Positions 26,070 to 38,689 are shown, counted from the stretch's first letter. The stretch is 64,000 nucleotides of DNA from Octopus vulgaris (GCA_951406725.2 OX597831.1:45198001-45262000), one strand, 5' to 3'. Numbers and translations are program-made. Notes: a model not told the origin generated them from the letters alone.

Positions 26070-26155
26070 TTCCCTGACGAGAAGATTGTCTTGTTTTACA
26101 CCATTTTATTCCGTCTCGAATAATACCAATGTTTTCTTCGAAACATATGTCGGAA
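26070..26155 (+). ncRNA. Type I hammerhead ribozyme, canonical core
   Basis: UUCC-CUGACGA-GAAGA...UCUUC-GAAA-CAUAUG-UC^GGAA. All three stems pair; predicted cleavage after 26151. Confidence 0.82.
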
Positions 26156-27369
26156 GTAAAAAGATTTGAATAACACTTGTGTTTAACTCCATTTATTTAT
26201 TTTTTTATATTATACAAAATGTTTCACCTAAACCTGGAGTTTCTACCTTTATAAGTAGGCTGTTACATCTTTGGTACTTGAGTGAATTTTTGCTACCCTG
26301 GTAACTATTTATATATTTTTTCCATGTTATTTGTAAACACTGAAAAAACCCACATACATTTACACACACATACATATATATATATATACACAAACACACA
26401 TATATATACATATACATATATATATACACACACACACACACACATATATACAAATATATATATACACACACATATATACACATATATATATAATATACAT
26501 ATATTCACACACACATATATATATTTCTTATCACATCATCATCATCATCATCACTTAACATCCTCTTTCCATGCTGGCATGGGTTAGATGGTTAGATGGT
26601 TTGACTAGAACTGGTAAGAGTTTTAAGTTTCTCCCCACTCCCTCACCCAATTTTTGGCGTTGTTTCTTCATAACCCTTTTTATTTTTTTATTTGTTTATT
26701 TATTTATATATTTATTTATTTATTTATTTATTTATTTATCTATTTTCAGAAATGTGTTTCTGAGTGTGTAGATTATTATTTTGCTGAATTTATAGAAAAA
26801 TTTTTGGTGAAGGAAATACCCTCCTTCCTCCCACTCCAACCTCTGTTAGCATCAGTTTCTGTAAACTTGGTTTGTTTTTAACCTCTTTCTTCTTTTTTTT
26901 TTTCCTGCTCAAATTTCTTTTTGAACCATCAACATTATGAAAACTTTACTCTCAAAAACATATTTAAAAATATGTCTTTAAAAAAAAACAAATGTTATGA
27001 GAAAATAAAGCTGGGATTAGGCGAAATTATTCAAACGTCCTTAAAAATTTTTTTTTGTTTTAATGTTATCAACAAAATCATAATCTTTACACTCAGGAAC
27101 CTATCCTTGCAAAATTTCCTTTAAAAAAATGTGCATTTTTCAGAAAATTATGCGGAAACAAAAGTCATAGGAAGAGAGGGCCAAATTTATATTGTTTCCT
27201 CAGTAAAAATTTCAAATAATTTCAGCAAATGAAAACAACAGCAAATATTTTATATAACATGATTTCATAAAAGTTAAGAAACTTCATGAGAATGTGAAAT
27301 AATTCATTCTTTTCTTTTTTAGTTTTTGGAACAGTGAAACTTGAAGCAGATGGGGTGATAAATAACACT

Positions 27370-29650
27370 TTCAAATTTTAGTACAGGGCCAGCAGTTTTT
27401 GAGGAAAGGGGAAGTTGCTAACATTGACCCCAGTACTTGACTGGTATTTATTTTATTGACCGCACAAAGGATGAAAAGCATAGTTGACCTCAACAGAATT
27501 TGAACTCAGAATGTGGACAAAATGTTCAGAGACATTTTGTCCAATGCGCTAACAATTCTGCCAGCTCATTACTCTTAGCATGTAAATATTCTTTTCTACT
27601 CTAGGCTCAAGACCCGAAATTTGGGGGGAGGGAGGGGACCAGTCAATTAGATCAACCCCAGTACACAACTGGTACTTAATTTATCGACACCCGAAAGGAT
27701 GAAAGGTAAAGTCAAACTCAGCGGAATTTGAACACAGAATGTAAAGACAGACGAAGCATCACTAAGCAATCCGCATGGCATACCAACATTTCTGCCAGCT
27801 CGCCACTCTACTTAGCATGTAAATATTGAGTCAAAAAAATCCTCTCAGCCTTCAGCTTTTTCTACACAGAATATTTTCTGAACTCAGTATTTACACACTC
27901 TTATTTATAACATGGTGAAGGTGGCAAGCTGGCAGAATCATTACCAAACCAGGAAAAATGCTTAGCAGCATTTCATTTGTCTTTACATTTTAAGTACAAA
28001 TACCGCTGAGTTTGACTTTACCTTTGATCCTTTCAGGGTGAATAAATTAAGCACCAGTAGGGTACGGGGTTGATGTAATCAACTATCCCTCTCCCGCACA
28101 ATTTCAGGCCTTGTGCCTATAGTAGAAAGGACTATTATTGTTGATGTTGTTGTTATCATTACGGTGGTGCGCTGGCAGAATTGTTACTGAGCTGGGCAAA
28201 ATGCTTAACAGCAAAAAGAAAAAGAAGAGAGAGGATGAGTGTAAGAGGACCATTTTAAAGGAAATCTTATTGAGTATAAAACCTTCTTGATTCTATGAAA
28301 CAAAATTAAGGAAGGATGGGTACTGTTGTTTGCTTGAAGTATTGTAATAAAGAAGAAGAATGATGACTGAAATGAAAAATAAGGTAAGCTTCCAACAATG
28401 CAGAAAGTTTTAAAAACTTAACAGCATTTTGTCCATCTTTACATTCTGAGTCCAAATACTGCTATGGTCAACTTTACTTTTCATCCTTTTGGGATGGATA
28501 AAATATGTACTAATCAAGTGTTGGGGGGTCTATGTGATGGACTTTCACCATTCCACAAAATTTCAGGTCTTGTACCTATAGTGGAAAGAATTATTTATAG
28601 CCTTAACATATGAAGAGCGATGGGCCACGATTGTGATTGTCAGGCAGAGGTCGACAGGCCATGATTGTGGCACAGAAAGATGCATTTAATTTATGGGTGT
28701 TTGTTGGGGTATAATGTCACTCAAATGCTCTGATACCTCTCAGAATACAAGAGGACTAATAGTTCAACTAATGACTTTTCAGATTATGTAAAACTTACCA
28801 CCATTATATACTAAGAAGATATTTTAACTATTTTTTTGTTTTTTATGTGCGCATGGTAGTTTCATTTTCATAAAATGTGCTCAGCAGTCCATGCTATGTA
28901 AGTGCAAATCCCAGTGCTCTGCGGGTTAAAGGCGGAAAGCTGGCAGAATCATTATTGAGCCAGGTGAAATACTTAGCAGCGTTTCGTCCATCTTTACATT
29001 CTGAGTTCAAATACCGCTGAGGTCGACTTTGCCTTTCATCCTTTTGGGATGAATAAAATAAGTACCAGTTGAATGCTGAGGTCGATGTAATCAACTTTTC
29101 CCCTCCCCTGAAATAGCTGGCCTTCTGCCAAAATTTAAAATCATCATCATCATCATCACCACCACCACCTATTTCTTTACTGCCCACAAGGGGCTACACA
29201 CAGAGGGAACAAACAAGGACAAACGGATTGAGTCGATTATATCGACCCCAGTGCGTAACTGGTACTTATTTAAACGACCCCGAAAGGATGAAAGGCAACG
29301 TCGACCTTGGCGGAATTTGAACTCAGAACGTAGCGGCAGATGAAATACCACTGAGCATTTCACCCGTCGTGCTAACGTTTCTGCCACCACCACCATTATC
29401 ATCACCATTATCATTATTATTATTATTATTATTATTATTAAGGCAGAATCATTAGCATGCCAGGAAAAATGCTTTGTGGCATTTCACTCATTCATTGCTT
29501 TGTTCTGAGTTCAAATTCTGCTAAGGTTGACTTTGCCTTTCATCCTCTCAAGGTCGATAAAATAATTACCAGTTGAGTACTGGGGTCGATGTGATCGACT
29601 TACCCACCTCCATCAAACTTGTTGGCCTTGTGCCAAAATTTGAAACCATT
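27370..29650. mobile_element. Dense cluster of about 7 family B SINEs in mixed orientation
   Basis: Copies at about 27370(-), 27591(-; 17-bp TSD cttagcatgtaaatatt), 27918(+), 28162(+), 28930(+), 29170(-), 29440(+). Confidence 0.85.
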
Positions 29651-30616
29651 ATTTATAACATGGTGGATTCAAGCATCAGCAGAACTGTGTGTAAAATAAA
29701 ATATTTCCTCACTTTCTCTAATGAAAACACCTCTTCACAGCAAAACAAATTGCACAGCTTTCTCTATATATTTGCTGATGAAGATGCCATTTGCAGCACA
29801 CTAGTCTAGACTCTTAAATATGTTACTTGAAGTGCCTTTTTGATCTTATAAATAGCACTTCCTCCCTGAATAAAATGTATATTTTTTTTTTTTACTTTGG
29901 CATAAGGTCACAAATTTATATGAGGTTTCTATTCGTTTGAAATCAATCTCAGTATATAACTGGTACGTGTTTTATTGCCCTGGACAATTGGAAAACAGTT
30001 GCTCTCAAGTGGTTTTGGAAGTTGGGAGATAAAGGAAAATAACCAAATACTACAAGTCATTCTTTTGCGATGTGTTACCACTTCAGTAGCCTTCCTATGA
30101 CAACCATCCTGTCTTTATGTCAGATGGTTCTATCTCAGACTATGTTACCCAATGTCTCTTCTTTCTGGTTTTTAAGATGGTAGGATATCGTTTAAGGGTA
30201 ATTAGGCTGCTATCTCTAGTAGATCAAGTGACGGCATAGAAGCTCCATCACCTTTTACATTGTTGTTGTTGGCAGAGGTGGTGGTGGTGGTGGTGGTGGT
30301 GATGGTAGCGGCGGCAGTGGTGGTTTTGGTGGTAAAATGAAATACGGTGTTCCTGCCAGCAATTAATATATAAGTACCAGTGGCCAGGAATGTGTTTAAT
30401 ATATAAAACTGGTCTACCCAATTGTGTTACAATGCTAAATTCAGTGGCTATTTAAGCAATACGTTTGTGGATGGTTAATGGGTTGAATGTGGTGCTGATG
30501 AGAGGGCAATAACTCCTGAAATGTGCATATTCATCTTATTTCTACTTTCATTCTTATTTCCCTCTATATTCTTTATCTTTTCCACAATAATTTGAACTCA
30601 AATATTTTCTCACACC

Positions 30617-30664
30617 ATCTCTGATGAAGGAATATCCATAATATCCCAGAAACAGCTGTATGAC
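30617..30664 (+). ncRNA. Minimal hammerhead motif (local inverted copy of 31636-31683)
   Basis: AUCU-CUGAUGA-AGGAAUAU..AUAUCCCA-GAAA-CAGCUG-UA-UGAC; stem I is weak. Confidence 0.55.
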
Positions 30665-31208
30665 TATTTCATTATAAATATTCCTGAATAATTTTTTTTT
30701 ACTTTGGCATAAGGTCACAAATTTATATGAAGATTCTATTTATTTGAAATCAATCTCAGTATATAACTGGTGCTTGTTGTATTGCCCTGGAAAATTGGAA
30801 AATAACTTTCAAACTGCAAGCAAATAAAAAAGAAGCAGAGAATTAAGAAATATGAAACACCATGGAATAGATTATTTTATCATGAAGAAAAAAGAAACAC
30901 CAAATGTATATGAATCATAGTAAGTTTCAGTTCTGCCTACAGAAAATCTGTAGAGACAATGGGGAAAAAGTGATTGAGTCGCACTGCTAATACAGGTACG
31001 ACACAATATTGATTTACAAGTCTTTAAAATACTCAGTAGTATATCATGCCAGCAAAATGAAATATGATGTCCATACTAGCAATTAAAACACAAGCACACA
31101 CATGTATATATATATAGGGGAAGAATTCACAAAAAATACAAAAGACGAAGACAGGTGGTGTAAACAACAAACAGATGTATTAGTCTAATGCTTGGGAAGT
31201 GAAAAAGT

Positions 31209-31244
31209 CTTTAACGTTTCGAGCCTACGCTCTTCCACAGAAAG
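31209..31244 (-). ncRNA. Minimal hammerhead-like motif, core CUGUGGA, in Penelope-like insert 31116-31290
   Basis: CUUU-CUGUGGA-A-GAGC(GUAG)GCUC-GAAA-CG-UU-AAAG. Confidence 0.55.
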
Positions 31245-31288
31245 GAACACAGAAAGAAACAAGAAGAGAAAATAAAGAATGTGTAGTG

Positions 31289-31335
<47 letters not shown>

Positions 31336-31339
<4 letters not shown>

Positions 31340-31552
31340 GGGGTAATGAAAAGATCCTGGCTTTGAGTAAAAGAAAATACAGGAGGCTCAGTTAATTATG
31401 ATTTGATGCAACATGTCCCCCTCTTAGATTCACAAACTTATTGCAGTGGTCCTTCAGCTTTTCTAAGCCCTGTAAAAAAACTTGTAATGCTGGGCCTCCA
31501 ACCAGGCCTTTCATAGTACCCTTAAAGCCAGGAACTTTTCAGCATCCCCTAA
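31336..31552. mobile_element. mariner-type MITE
   Basis: tgagggggtaatgaaaagatcctggcttt / aaagccaggaacttttcagcatcccct, next to a TA tract. Confidence 0.75.
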
Positions 31553-31635
31553 TTTTATATATATATATATTTTAGACCAAATGAGATAACAAATCCAAGG
31601 GTGTGAGGAGTTTTCAGGACATTTATAATAAAATA

Positions 31636-31683
31636 GTCATACAGCTGTTTCTGGGATATTATGGATATTCCTTCATCAGAGAC
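31636..31683 (-). ncRNA. Minimal hammerhead motif
   Basis: GUCU-CUGAUGA-stem II-GAAA-CAGCUG-UA-UGAC; palindromic stem III, U-U mismatch closing stem I. Confidence 0.6.
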
Positions 31684-31855
31684 GGTATGAGAAAATATTT
31701 GAGTTCAAATTATTGTGGAAAAGATAAGGAATATAGAGGGAAATAAGAAAGGAAGTAGAAATAAGAAATATAAAGATATTGTTGTTGCAGTTCCATTATT
31801 CAAAGAAAACGGTGTATGGAAGTGGTAAAAAAGTTTCCTGTACATTCTAAGTTCC

Positions 31856-31903
<48 letters not shown>

Positions 31904-32154
31904 GATATATATGTGTGTGTGTGTGTGTATATATATACATATATATATATATATATTCATCATCATTATTGTTTAACATCTGTCTTCCATCCAGGCATGG
32001 GTTGGACAGTTTGATGTAGTATAATTCCAGTGAATGATTTCACTTGGTCAAACACTCACACACAGTAAACTTAATGGTGGTGTGCAGCACAGAAACAATG
32101 TGATCTACTATTGAAACCTGATATCCCCCACCTTCATGATATATTGCGTGCTTG

Positions 32155-32383
32155 TGGTGAGCTGGGAGAATCGTTAGCACGACAGGCAAAATGCTTAGCG
32201 GTATTTCATCTACCGCTACGTTCTGAGTTCAAATTCCACCGAGGCTGACTTCACCTTTCATCCTTTCAGGGTCGATTAAATAAGTACCAGTTACACACTG
32301 GGGTCGATATAATCGACTTAATCCGTTTGTCTGTCCTTGTTTGTCCTCTCTGTGTTTAGCCCCTTGTGGGGAGTAAATAAATA
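32155..32383 (+). mobile_element. SINE family B
   Basis: Closely similar to 5345-5573. Confidence 0.88.
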
Positions 32384-33276
32384 GGTATATTGTGTGCATG
32401 CATATATCTATAGATTTACTATAAAATACAATGAAATAACTTTCAAACTGCAAGCAAATAAAAAAAGAAGCTGAGAATTAAGAAATATGAAACAACATGG
32501 AATAGATTATTTTATTATGAGGAAAAAAGAAACATCAAATATTTCATGCAGAATCATTTGGAAAAGAGAGAGAGCGAGAGACCATTGCAATTTTGCCTGG
32601 ATTCTACTGTTTTCCTGTGGATTCAGATAATTTTGTACTCATATCAATTGATGCCACCAGAGTAAAAGCTAATTTCAAAATTTGTATAAACTGTTGAGAT
32701 TTAGTGGTAACAAAATTTCATTGTCCATACAAAAATATTGAACCAATAAAAATTTAAAAACAAATAAAATAGAAGTAATTCAATAATAATTGTGATAGAG
32801 GCATTTAAAACACACACACATATACACACACTGGTGTGGTGAGTGGCAAAATAAGTATTGTGTCAGATGAGATAGTTTGAAATATTTGATTTGGTTAAAT
32901 CTTTCAGTTCTGAGTTTAAATTATATCCAGATGGAATCTAGTTCTATTATATGCATGCATGTGTTTATGTATGCATGTATGTGTATATGTATGTATGTAT
33001 GTATGTACGTTGGTATGTAGGTAGGTAGGTAGGTATGCATACATGTAAGTGTATATGTATGCATATATGTATTTCGCATGCATGTATGCGTGTACGTTCT
33101 CTTCTCTTTTTAATTATTTGAAATCATCCTAAAGAAGGAGCTGGCTTCTAACAAACATACAAAAGCTTCATTGTTTAAAGGCAGATAACAAAAACAAAGT
33201 CACATTTTAATCTTGAGAGAAGTCTTGCATACTTTTACTCTTCCGCTTACAGATTCTATTTATATGTGTATAAAAT

Positions 33277-33655
33277 AATAATATAATAATAATAATGAAA
33301 TTATTATATACAGTGCTCAGGTGCACCACAACTTGTCAAAAGTGTGTATAAAGCATGTGCAGTAATGTACAAATGTCTGGAAAGTGAACAGTGTATGAGT
33401 CAGATACATGCTTGCATGTGTATGAAGGGGAGAAAATCAGGTGTAGTGTTGGTGAATCTCAGGAAGCATGGAAGTTTTGAAGGATGCAGTGCTCCGACAA
33501 CTAACAACTGATGCCGACAGTTTGTTCCATGTTTCAGCAACTCTTAGTGTGAAAAATGTTTCTGAAAGTCATGGGAGCTGTGCTGTTTTCTGACTTTGTA
33601 AACATGTCCACGGGTGTTAGACAGGTGGAGTTTGAAAAGGTGCTCAGAGTTATTG
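33277..33655 (-). mobile_element. CR1-like LINE 3' end (same family as 22915-23260)
   Basis: Reverse-complement homology including the (ATT)n tail. Confidence 0.85.
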
Positions 33656-33697
33656 TAAGTATGTATGCCTGTATGAATGTGTGTATATGTCTATATA

Positions 33698-34615
33698 CAG
33701 AGTGATTGAAAAGTAACTCTCGATTTTAAAATACTCATAAATTATTTATTAATTGTAATTTTTTTTCCAAAATTTTTTGGTGTTTGTTTTTCGATATCTG
33801 AGAATTTAATCTGTAATTGTATTGCTCTTGTCGTTTGTGAATGGCTGAATGCCCACTTCCCTGGAAGATGGTTGGGTTGTTGTGGTCCACATGAGTAAAA
33901 ATCTTTATTATGATCAAACTGATCGTACATAGAAAGGGACATTACAAGACAAACAAATACAAAAATGTTATATGAGTTCAAATGAGCATTATGTTTAAAA
34001 ATTACATTAAAAATATTTTATATAACGATTAATTTTTCCTTTAAAGAAAGAAAACGAATAAAAGTTCAAGAGATTGAACCTGGCAGCCTATAAGGCCCAG
34101 CAACTATCTTTTCCTTTCGTCAATGACTAAGCTGGGTTACTAACACCCACCTTTCTCATCACATCCTTCCATCGTTTCTCATATTCACTCGGTGGAAGGG
34201 TCTTCCTCTCCAACCCCATCTTGCTCTTGAGATGGTATCTGAAGTAAGACAGCAAACCGGGGCCACATGAGTGGTCAGCCAGGAGTCCCGACTTAACACT
34301 GTGTGACTTCCTTCTTTGGGGTTGGTTAAATGAACAAGTCTACTGTACCTAACCAAAGACTTTGGAAGAACTTGAAGGGCAAATACAAGAAGTTATGTAT
34401 TCTTTCCTCTCACAAAAGTTCCTGGTGAAATCAATTGACACAATTCCTGGGTCATTCAAGAAGCTGGTGTCGACATCTGGAGCTCATATCAAATTTTAAA
34501 TAAAACCGCATACTAAAAGCCTACCTCTCTCTCATATCCATTTGTTTGTAAAAATTACAATTAATAAATAATCTAAAAGTATTTTAAGATCAGGAATTAC
34601 TGTTCAATCACCCTG
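33698..34615 (+). mobile_element. Internally deleted Tc1/mariner element (DD41D/rosa-like motif)
   Basis: TA|cagagtgattgaaaagtaact...aattactgttcaatcaccctg|TA. Peptides EWLNAHFPGRWLG and HEWSARSPDLTLCDFLLWG. Confidence 0.8.
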
Positions 34616-35047
34616 TATATGTGTAACAATGTATGCATGCATGTATAAAGACTTTGTCTTTTGCACTGCACCATGCAGTATACAGTTATGTTTTATAATG
34701 TAATAGTATTATACATATTAATATCAAGGTCTTTCCTTATGCATTTAAGACCTGGTCATAGATGCACTATTCCAAAGTGCTTGAATTATAATTAAAAAAC
34801 CTTTTTCTTTGCTTTTTTTTAAATTTTACATAGTTCATTAGGAGAAAGAGTTTGTATCCATGACTTTCTTTGATCCTTCAATACTGGAAAAATTAATGCA
34901 GATTGTATTCAGTTTAAACATTTATAAGTCGATGTTTGCAGGTGAAAAGCAGGCATACAGGAAATTCCAGAAGGTTGACAATATGGGGAAGAAGGATTGA
35001 GTATGGTGATTAGATTTGGTGGACTTGGGTAAAGAAAGTATAGCCAC

Positions 35048-35505
35048 AGGCATAGTGGTGTGGTTAAAGGTTCACTTAACCACCATGTGGTTTTGGGTTC
35101 AGTCTCACTGTGTGGAACCTTGGGCAAGTGTCTTCTACTATAGCCTCAGGTCAACCAATGCCTTGTAAATGAATTTGGTAAACAGAAACTGTGTGGAAGT
35201 CTGTTGTATATTTATATATATATATATATATGCGCACACACACACACACACACACACATGTATATACACACGTGTGTGTGTTTTGTGTTTGTCTGCCAAC
35301 ACTGTTTGACAACCAGTGTTGGTTTGTTTACATCCTTGTAACTTGGCAGTTTGGCAAAAGAGGACCGATAGGATAAGCACCAGACTTTTAAAAAATACAT
35401 TAAGTACTGGGTTTCAATTTTTTCAATCAAAGCCTTCAAGGTGGTGCTCCAGCATGACCACAGTCCTGTCCGATGACTGAAACACATAAAAGATAAAAGG
35501 ATAAA
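35048..35505 (+). mobile_element. SINE family A, 235 bp past the GPCR stop (antisense to it)
   Basis: Homology to other copies. Confidence 0.82.
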
Positions 35506-35739
35506 GATCTGGTTGGCTCCAAGGTGCAGAGGTTGATGTAGTTAAAGTAGAAATGATAGAGTGAGCTTATGGGCTACAGGTAAGAATAATAAGTTGGTCA
35601 ATGAATCCTTAGTAATTAGCTGGGAAGCTTTCATTTACATTTTGAAGGCAGTCCAGTAATAACAACACTATCCTTGGTATGGGAGCAGCATTCCATTATT
35701 CAATAAAAATACAAAGGGAACAAAAGAGAAATGGTTTCC

Positions 35740-36912
35740 TCAAGAAGATGGTTTCAATTTTAAACAACAGAAAGTCTTTCGCAGTAATGCAATAACTTCA
35801 TTGCGGAATCGAAAGTTGAATATGCCATAAATGAATGGATTAATCATGTTATTTAAGTAGAAAGAACGCAGTGCAATCTCAAAGAGGGCACTGTTAGTCG
35901 GACTTAGTGTCTCTTTAAACTCTGCATTTCTGCTTAATGTTAAAACTGAAGCTAAATGAGGGATGTAACTTAATACCCAAGTGAGAGTCACAAAGAACAT
36001 AATTAAAGTTGTTCGTGTCATATTCATGAAAGAAGTTGGCTCTCTTATAGTTGTCTGTGTGTTTGAGCGAACACGAAATGTTTCCTTCTCCAAACTAAAA
36101 CCTTTCGATTTTGACTTCTGTATCTTGTCAATACGGCGGCTTTCTTTGATGTAGTCATTACTGTCGGTCAACTCTCTTGAATTGTCATCATGACTAACAG
36201 ATTTCACTTTCATGGAGTCAGCCAATGATGTTCTTTGCTTTTTGTAGCGGCACAATTTTATTGCAATCAAACAATAAATTGTACTGAATGTTATTAACAG
36301 AAGTAAACATACGGACATGAGAAGGATTAGAAAACCAGCGGAAACACTCTCGTGAGCTTTCTCTGATATGGAGCAAATAGAGCCGTTCAAGTGAGTTCCT
36401 GGTATTCTAAAATGTTTGGTTCCATAAACATAAACGCCTGGCAATGATAGAACTGTTGCAAAGATGATGACTACAGCTGAAATGATTCCAACCTGGCGTC
36501 GAGTGAATTGTTTCTTCAAAGGCAAACATACTTTCTTGAAACGGTCTATAGAAATGGCAAAGACAATGACTCCAGAAGTGATGGATAAATCCATGACAAA
36601 GAATCTTATTACACGACATGCGGGATCATTTTCAAATACATATGGCAGTGTAAGGATAGCAATATCCATAGGTATACATATTAAACTGGCAAGAAAGTCA
36701 CAGAAGCTTAGTATGACAACAAACAAATTGGCTGGAGTTTGCCTCAGTTTGTAATGGTAAATGTAACTGACAAAGGCATTGCCAATAACACCCATTATCA
36801 TGGCAACACACAGATAAATAAAGGCAAGTAAAAAATCATGAACCTTTTCTTCATTGATTTTTAACAGTTGTTGTTCATAAGGAAGATTGTTGAAGTTGTT
36901 GGTGGTATTCAT
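35740..36912 (-). CDS. Class A (rhodopsin-like) GPCR, peptide-receptor-like orphan, 390 aa, uninterrupted CDS
   Basis: Seven hydrophobic segments with GN (TM1), LSFCD (TM2), DRF (TM3) and NPFIY (TM7), Cys pair at top of TM3 and in ECL2, N-terminal NTT sequon, C-terminal CC. An in-frame TAA upstream of the ATG supports this start. Confidence 0.95.
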   Translation of the reverse strand: MNTTNNFNNLPYEQQLLKINEEKVHDFLLAFIYLCVAMIMGVIGNAFVSYIYHYKLRQTPANLFVVILSFCDFLASLICIPMDIAILTLPYVFENDPACRVIRFFVMDLSITSGVIVFAISIDRFKKVCLPLKKQFTRRQVGIISAVVIIFATVLSLPGVYVYGTKHFRIPGTHLNGSICSISEKAHESVSAGFLILLMSVCLLLLITFSTIYCLIAIKLCRYKKQRTSLADSMKVKSVSHDDNSRELTDSNDYIKESRRIDKIQKSKSKGFSLEKETFRVRSNTQTTIREPTSFMNMTRTTLIMFFVTLTWVLSYIPHLASVLTLSRNAEFKETLSPTNSALFEIALRSFYLNNMINPFIYGIFNFRFRNEVIALLRKTFCCLKLKPSS

Positions 36913-36985
36913 GGTTGTTGAGGATGATGTCTCATAAAGCAGTTGCGTCAGTTATCTGGAAAAGAGAAATATAGCTTTGTAATTA
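36913..36985 (-). promoter_or_regulatory. Splice acceptor and 43-nt 5'UTR part of the GPCR coding exon
   Basis: Minus strand reads tatatttctcttttccag|ataactg, exon starting at 36955. Implies a non-coding upstream exon that I could not locate. Confidence 0.65.
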
Positions 36986-37527
36986 ACAGCATCAAATACA
37001 GACAAATGACTGCTAAGAAAAAAAAAAAAAGAAAAAAATCAGTTACAGTCAAGTTTCTAACAAGAAGCAGCTGGCCAAACCAACAGTGTGTGACGCAATT
37101 GAATGGAGAATAAGTAGTTTATAAAAAGAAAGGAAAATAGCTTATATCTGTCACCAAGCGAACATTAGATACATGACAAGGCACTTAAGATCTGCAAAAG
37201 CGCAGCCCATGTAGCCGGCAAGAGTAAGTCCAACTCACTGTTGCATGTAACAGGTACATTGTATAATTAACAAGAGTTATGTTAGCTTGCTATGGTGTCT
37301 GTCTTTTAAAGCTGAGAAGACAATAGCTCGTGTGGTCTCCCCAAGGGACACAGAAATCAACCAGATTAGCAGGAGTTCAATAGCAACTGAACATACACTT
37401 AATGGTATGAAATAGTAATTATGAACAATGACAAGCAGTTGGATACATTAATGGGTTAATATAGTATGTCCTATCCTACCCTCTCTCTCTTTTTTTCTCT
37501 CGCACCCTATCATGTTTATGTATGCAT

Positions 37528-37568
<41 letters not shown>

Positions 37569-37569
37569 A

Positions 37570-37607
<38 letters not shown>

Positions 37608-37698
37608 CCAGTAGTGGCCTAAAGTTTGGAACATTTTTTTAAAAAATGTTTTGCCCAAATACAATTTGATTCAAAATATATACAACATAGATAGACAA

Positions 37699-38582
37699 AA
37701 GGGTACCCAAAAGAAGCTGGAATTTTATAATATTATTTTATTCACTTAGTTTTACATGTCTACACATTTATTGCCTTCAAAGTATTTTCCATTAGAAGCT
37801 ACGCATTGGTCCAGATTCATTTTCCACTGTTTGAAGCAGTCCAGGAAATCTTGCGAAGTGATGCCTTTTAATGCTTTCATCATTTTTTTTCTTCACCTCT
37901 TCCACATCCGCAAAACGTTTTCCTTTAAGGACTGTTTTCATTCTGAGGAACAAACAATGTCACAGGGAGCAAGATCGGGTGAATAGGGAGGGTAGGTAAG
38001 TGAGGTCATGCCATTTTTAGTCAAAAACTGTCTTGTACTCAAGATGGTGTGCACAGGCCCACTGTTGTGATTAAACCACTGCTCTCTACTTTGTCACAAG
38101 TCAGGGCATTTTCATATCACTGTGTCTCACAAAAGCTTCAGAACTGCCGAGTAAAATGTCTGGTTAGCAGTTTGACCAGGAGGAACAAATTCAGTGTAGA
38201 CAATTCCTTTCACATCAGTGAAAGAAATCAGCATCATCTTGACATTAGACTTCATTTGACATGCTTTTTGGGTGGGGCATGGTGTCATTGAATGCTTCCA
38301 CTGACTTGATTGCTGCTCTGTTTCCAGGTCATAGCAATAGTACCACCTTTTGCCACCAGTGATGACCTTTGAATAAAGGTTTGGATCAACTTCCAACTGT
38401 TCTTTCAGCTCATAACATGCATTCACTTGTGACAGCTTTTGATCTTCCTTGAGCAAGTGAGGCACAAATTTTTCTGGAACTCTTTCCATACACAATTCCT
38501 CGCTCAAAATTCGTTGGCAGGAGCTCCAGGACACACCAATCATATCAACAAATTCATCAATTGTTCAGTGATGATCCTCCAA
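37699..38582 (-). pseudogene. mariner transposase relic
   Basis: KFVPHLL, VITGGKRWYYCYD, KMMLISFTDVKGIVYTEFVPPGQT and YPPYSPDLAPCD, with frameshifts. Confidence 0.88.
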
Positions 38583-38633
38583 GATGTATGTGTGTGTGTT
38601 TGTGTGTGTGTATTATATGCATGCATATACATA

Positions 38634-38686
<53 letters not shown>

Positions 38687-38689
38687 TTA

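Noticed and set aside
30491-30535. Extra hammerhead (ctgatga...gaaatgtgcata)
   Set aside because: Core and stem III are plausible, but stem I does not pair next to the cleavage site; possibly a relic truncated by the adjacent patchwork.
36407-36754. Overlapping and antisense ORFs in the GPCR
   Set aside because: Shadow frames of the real CDS.
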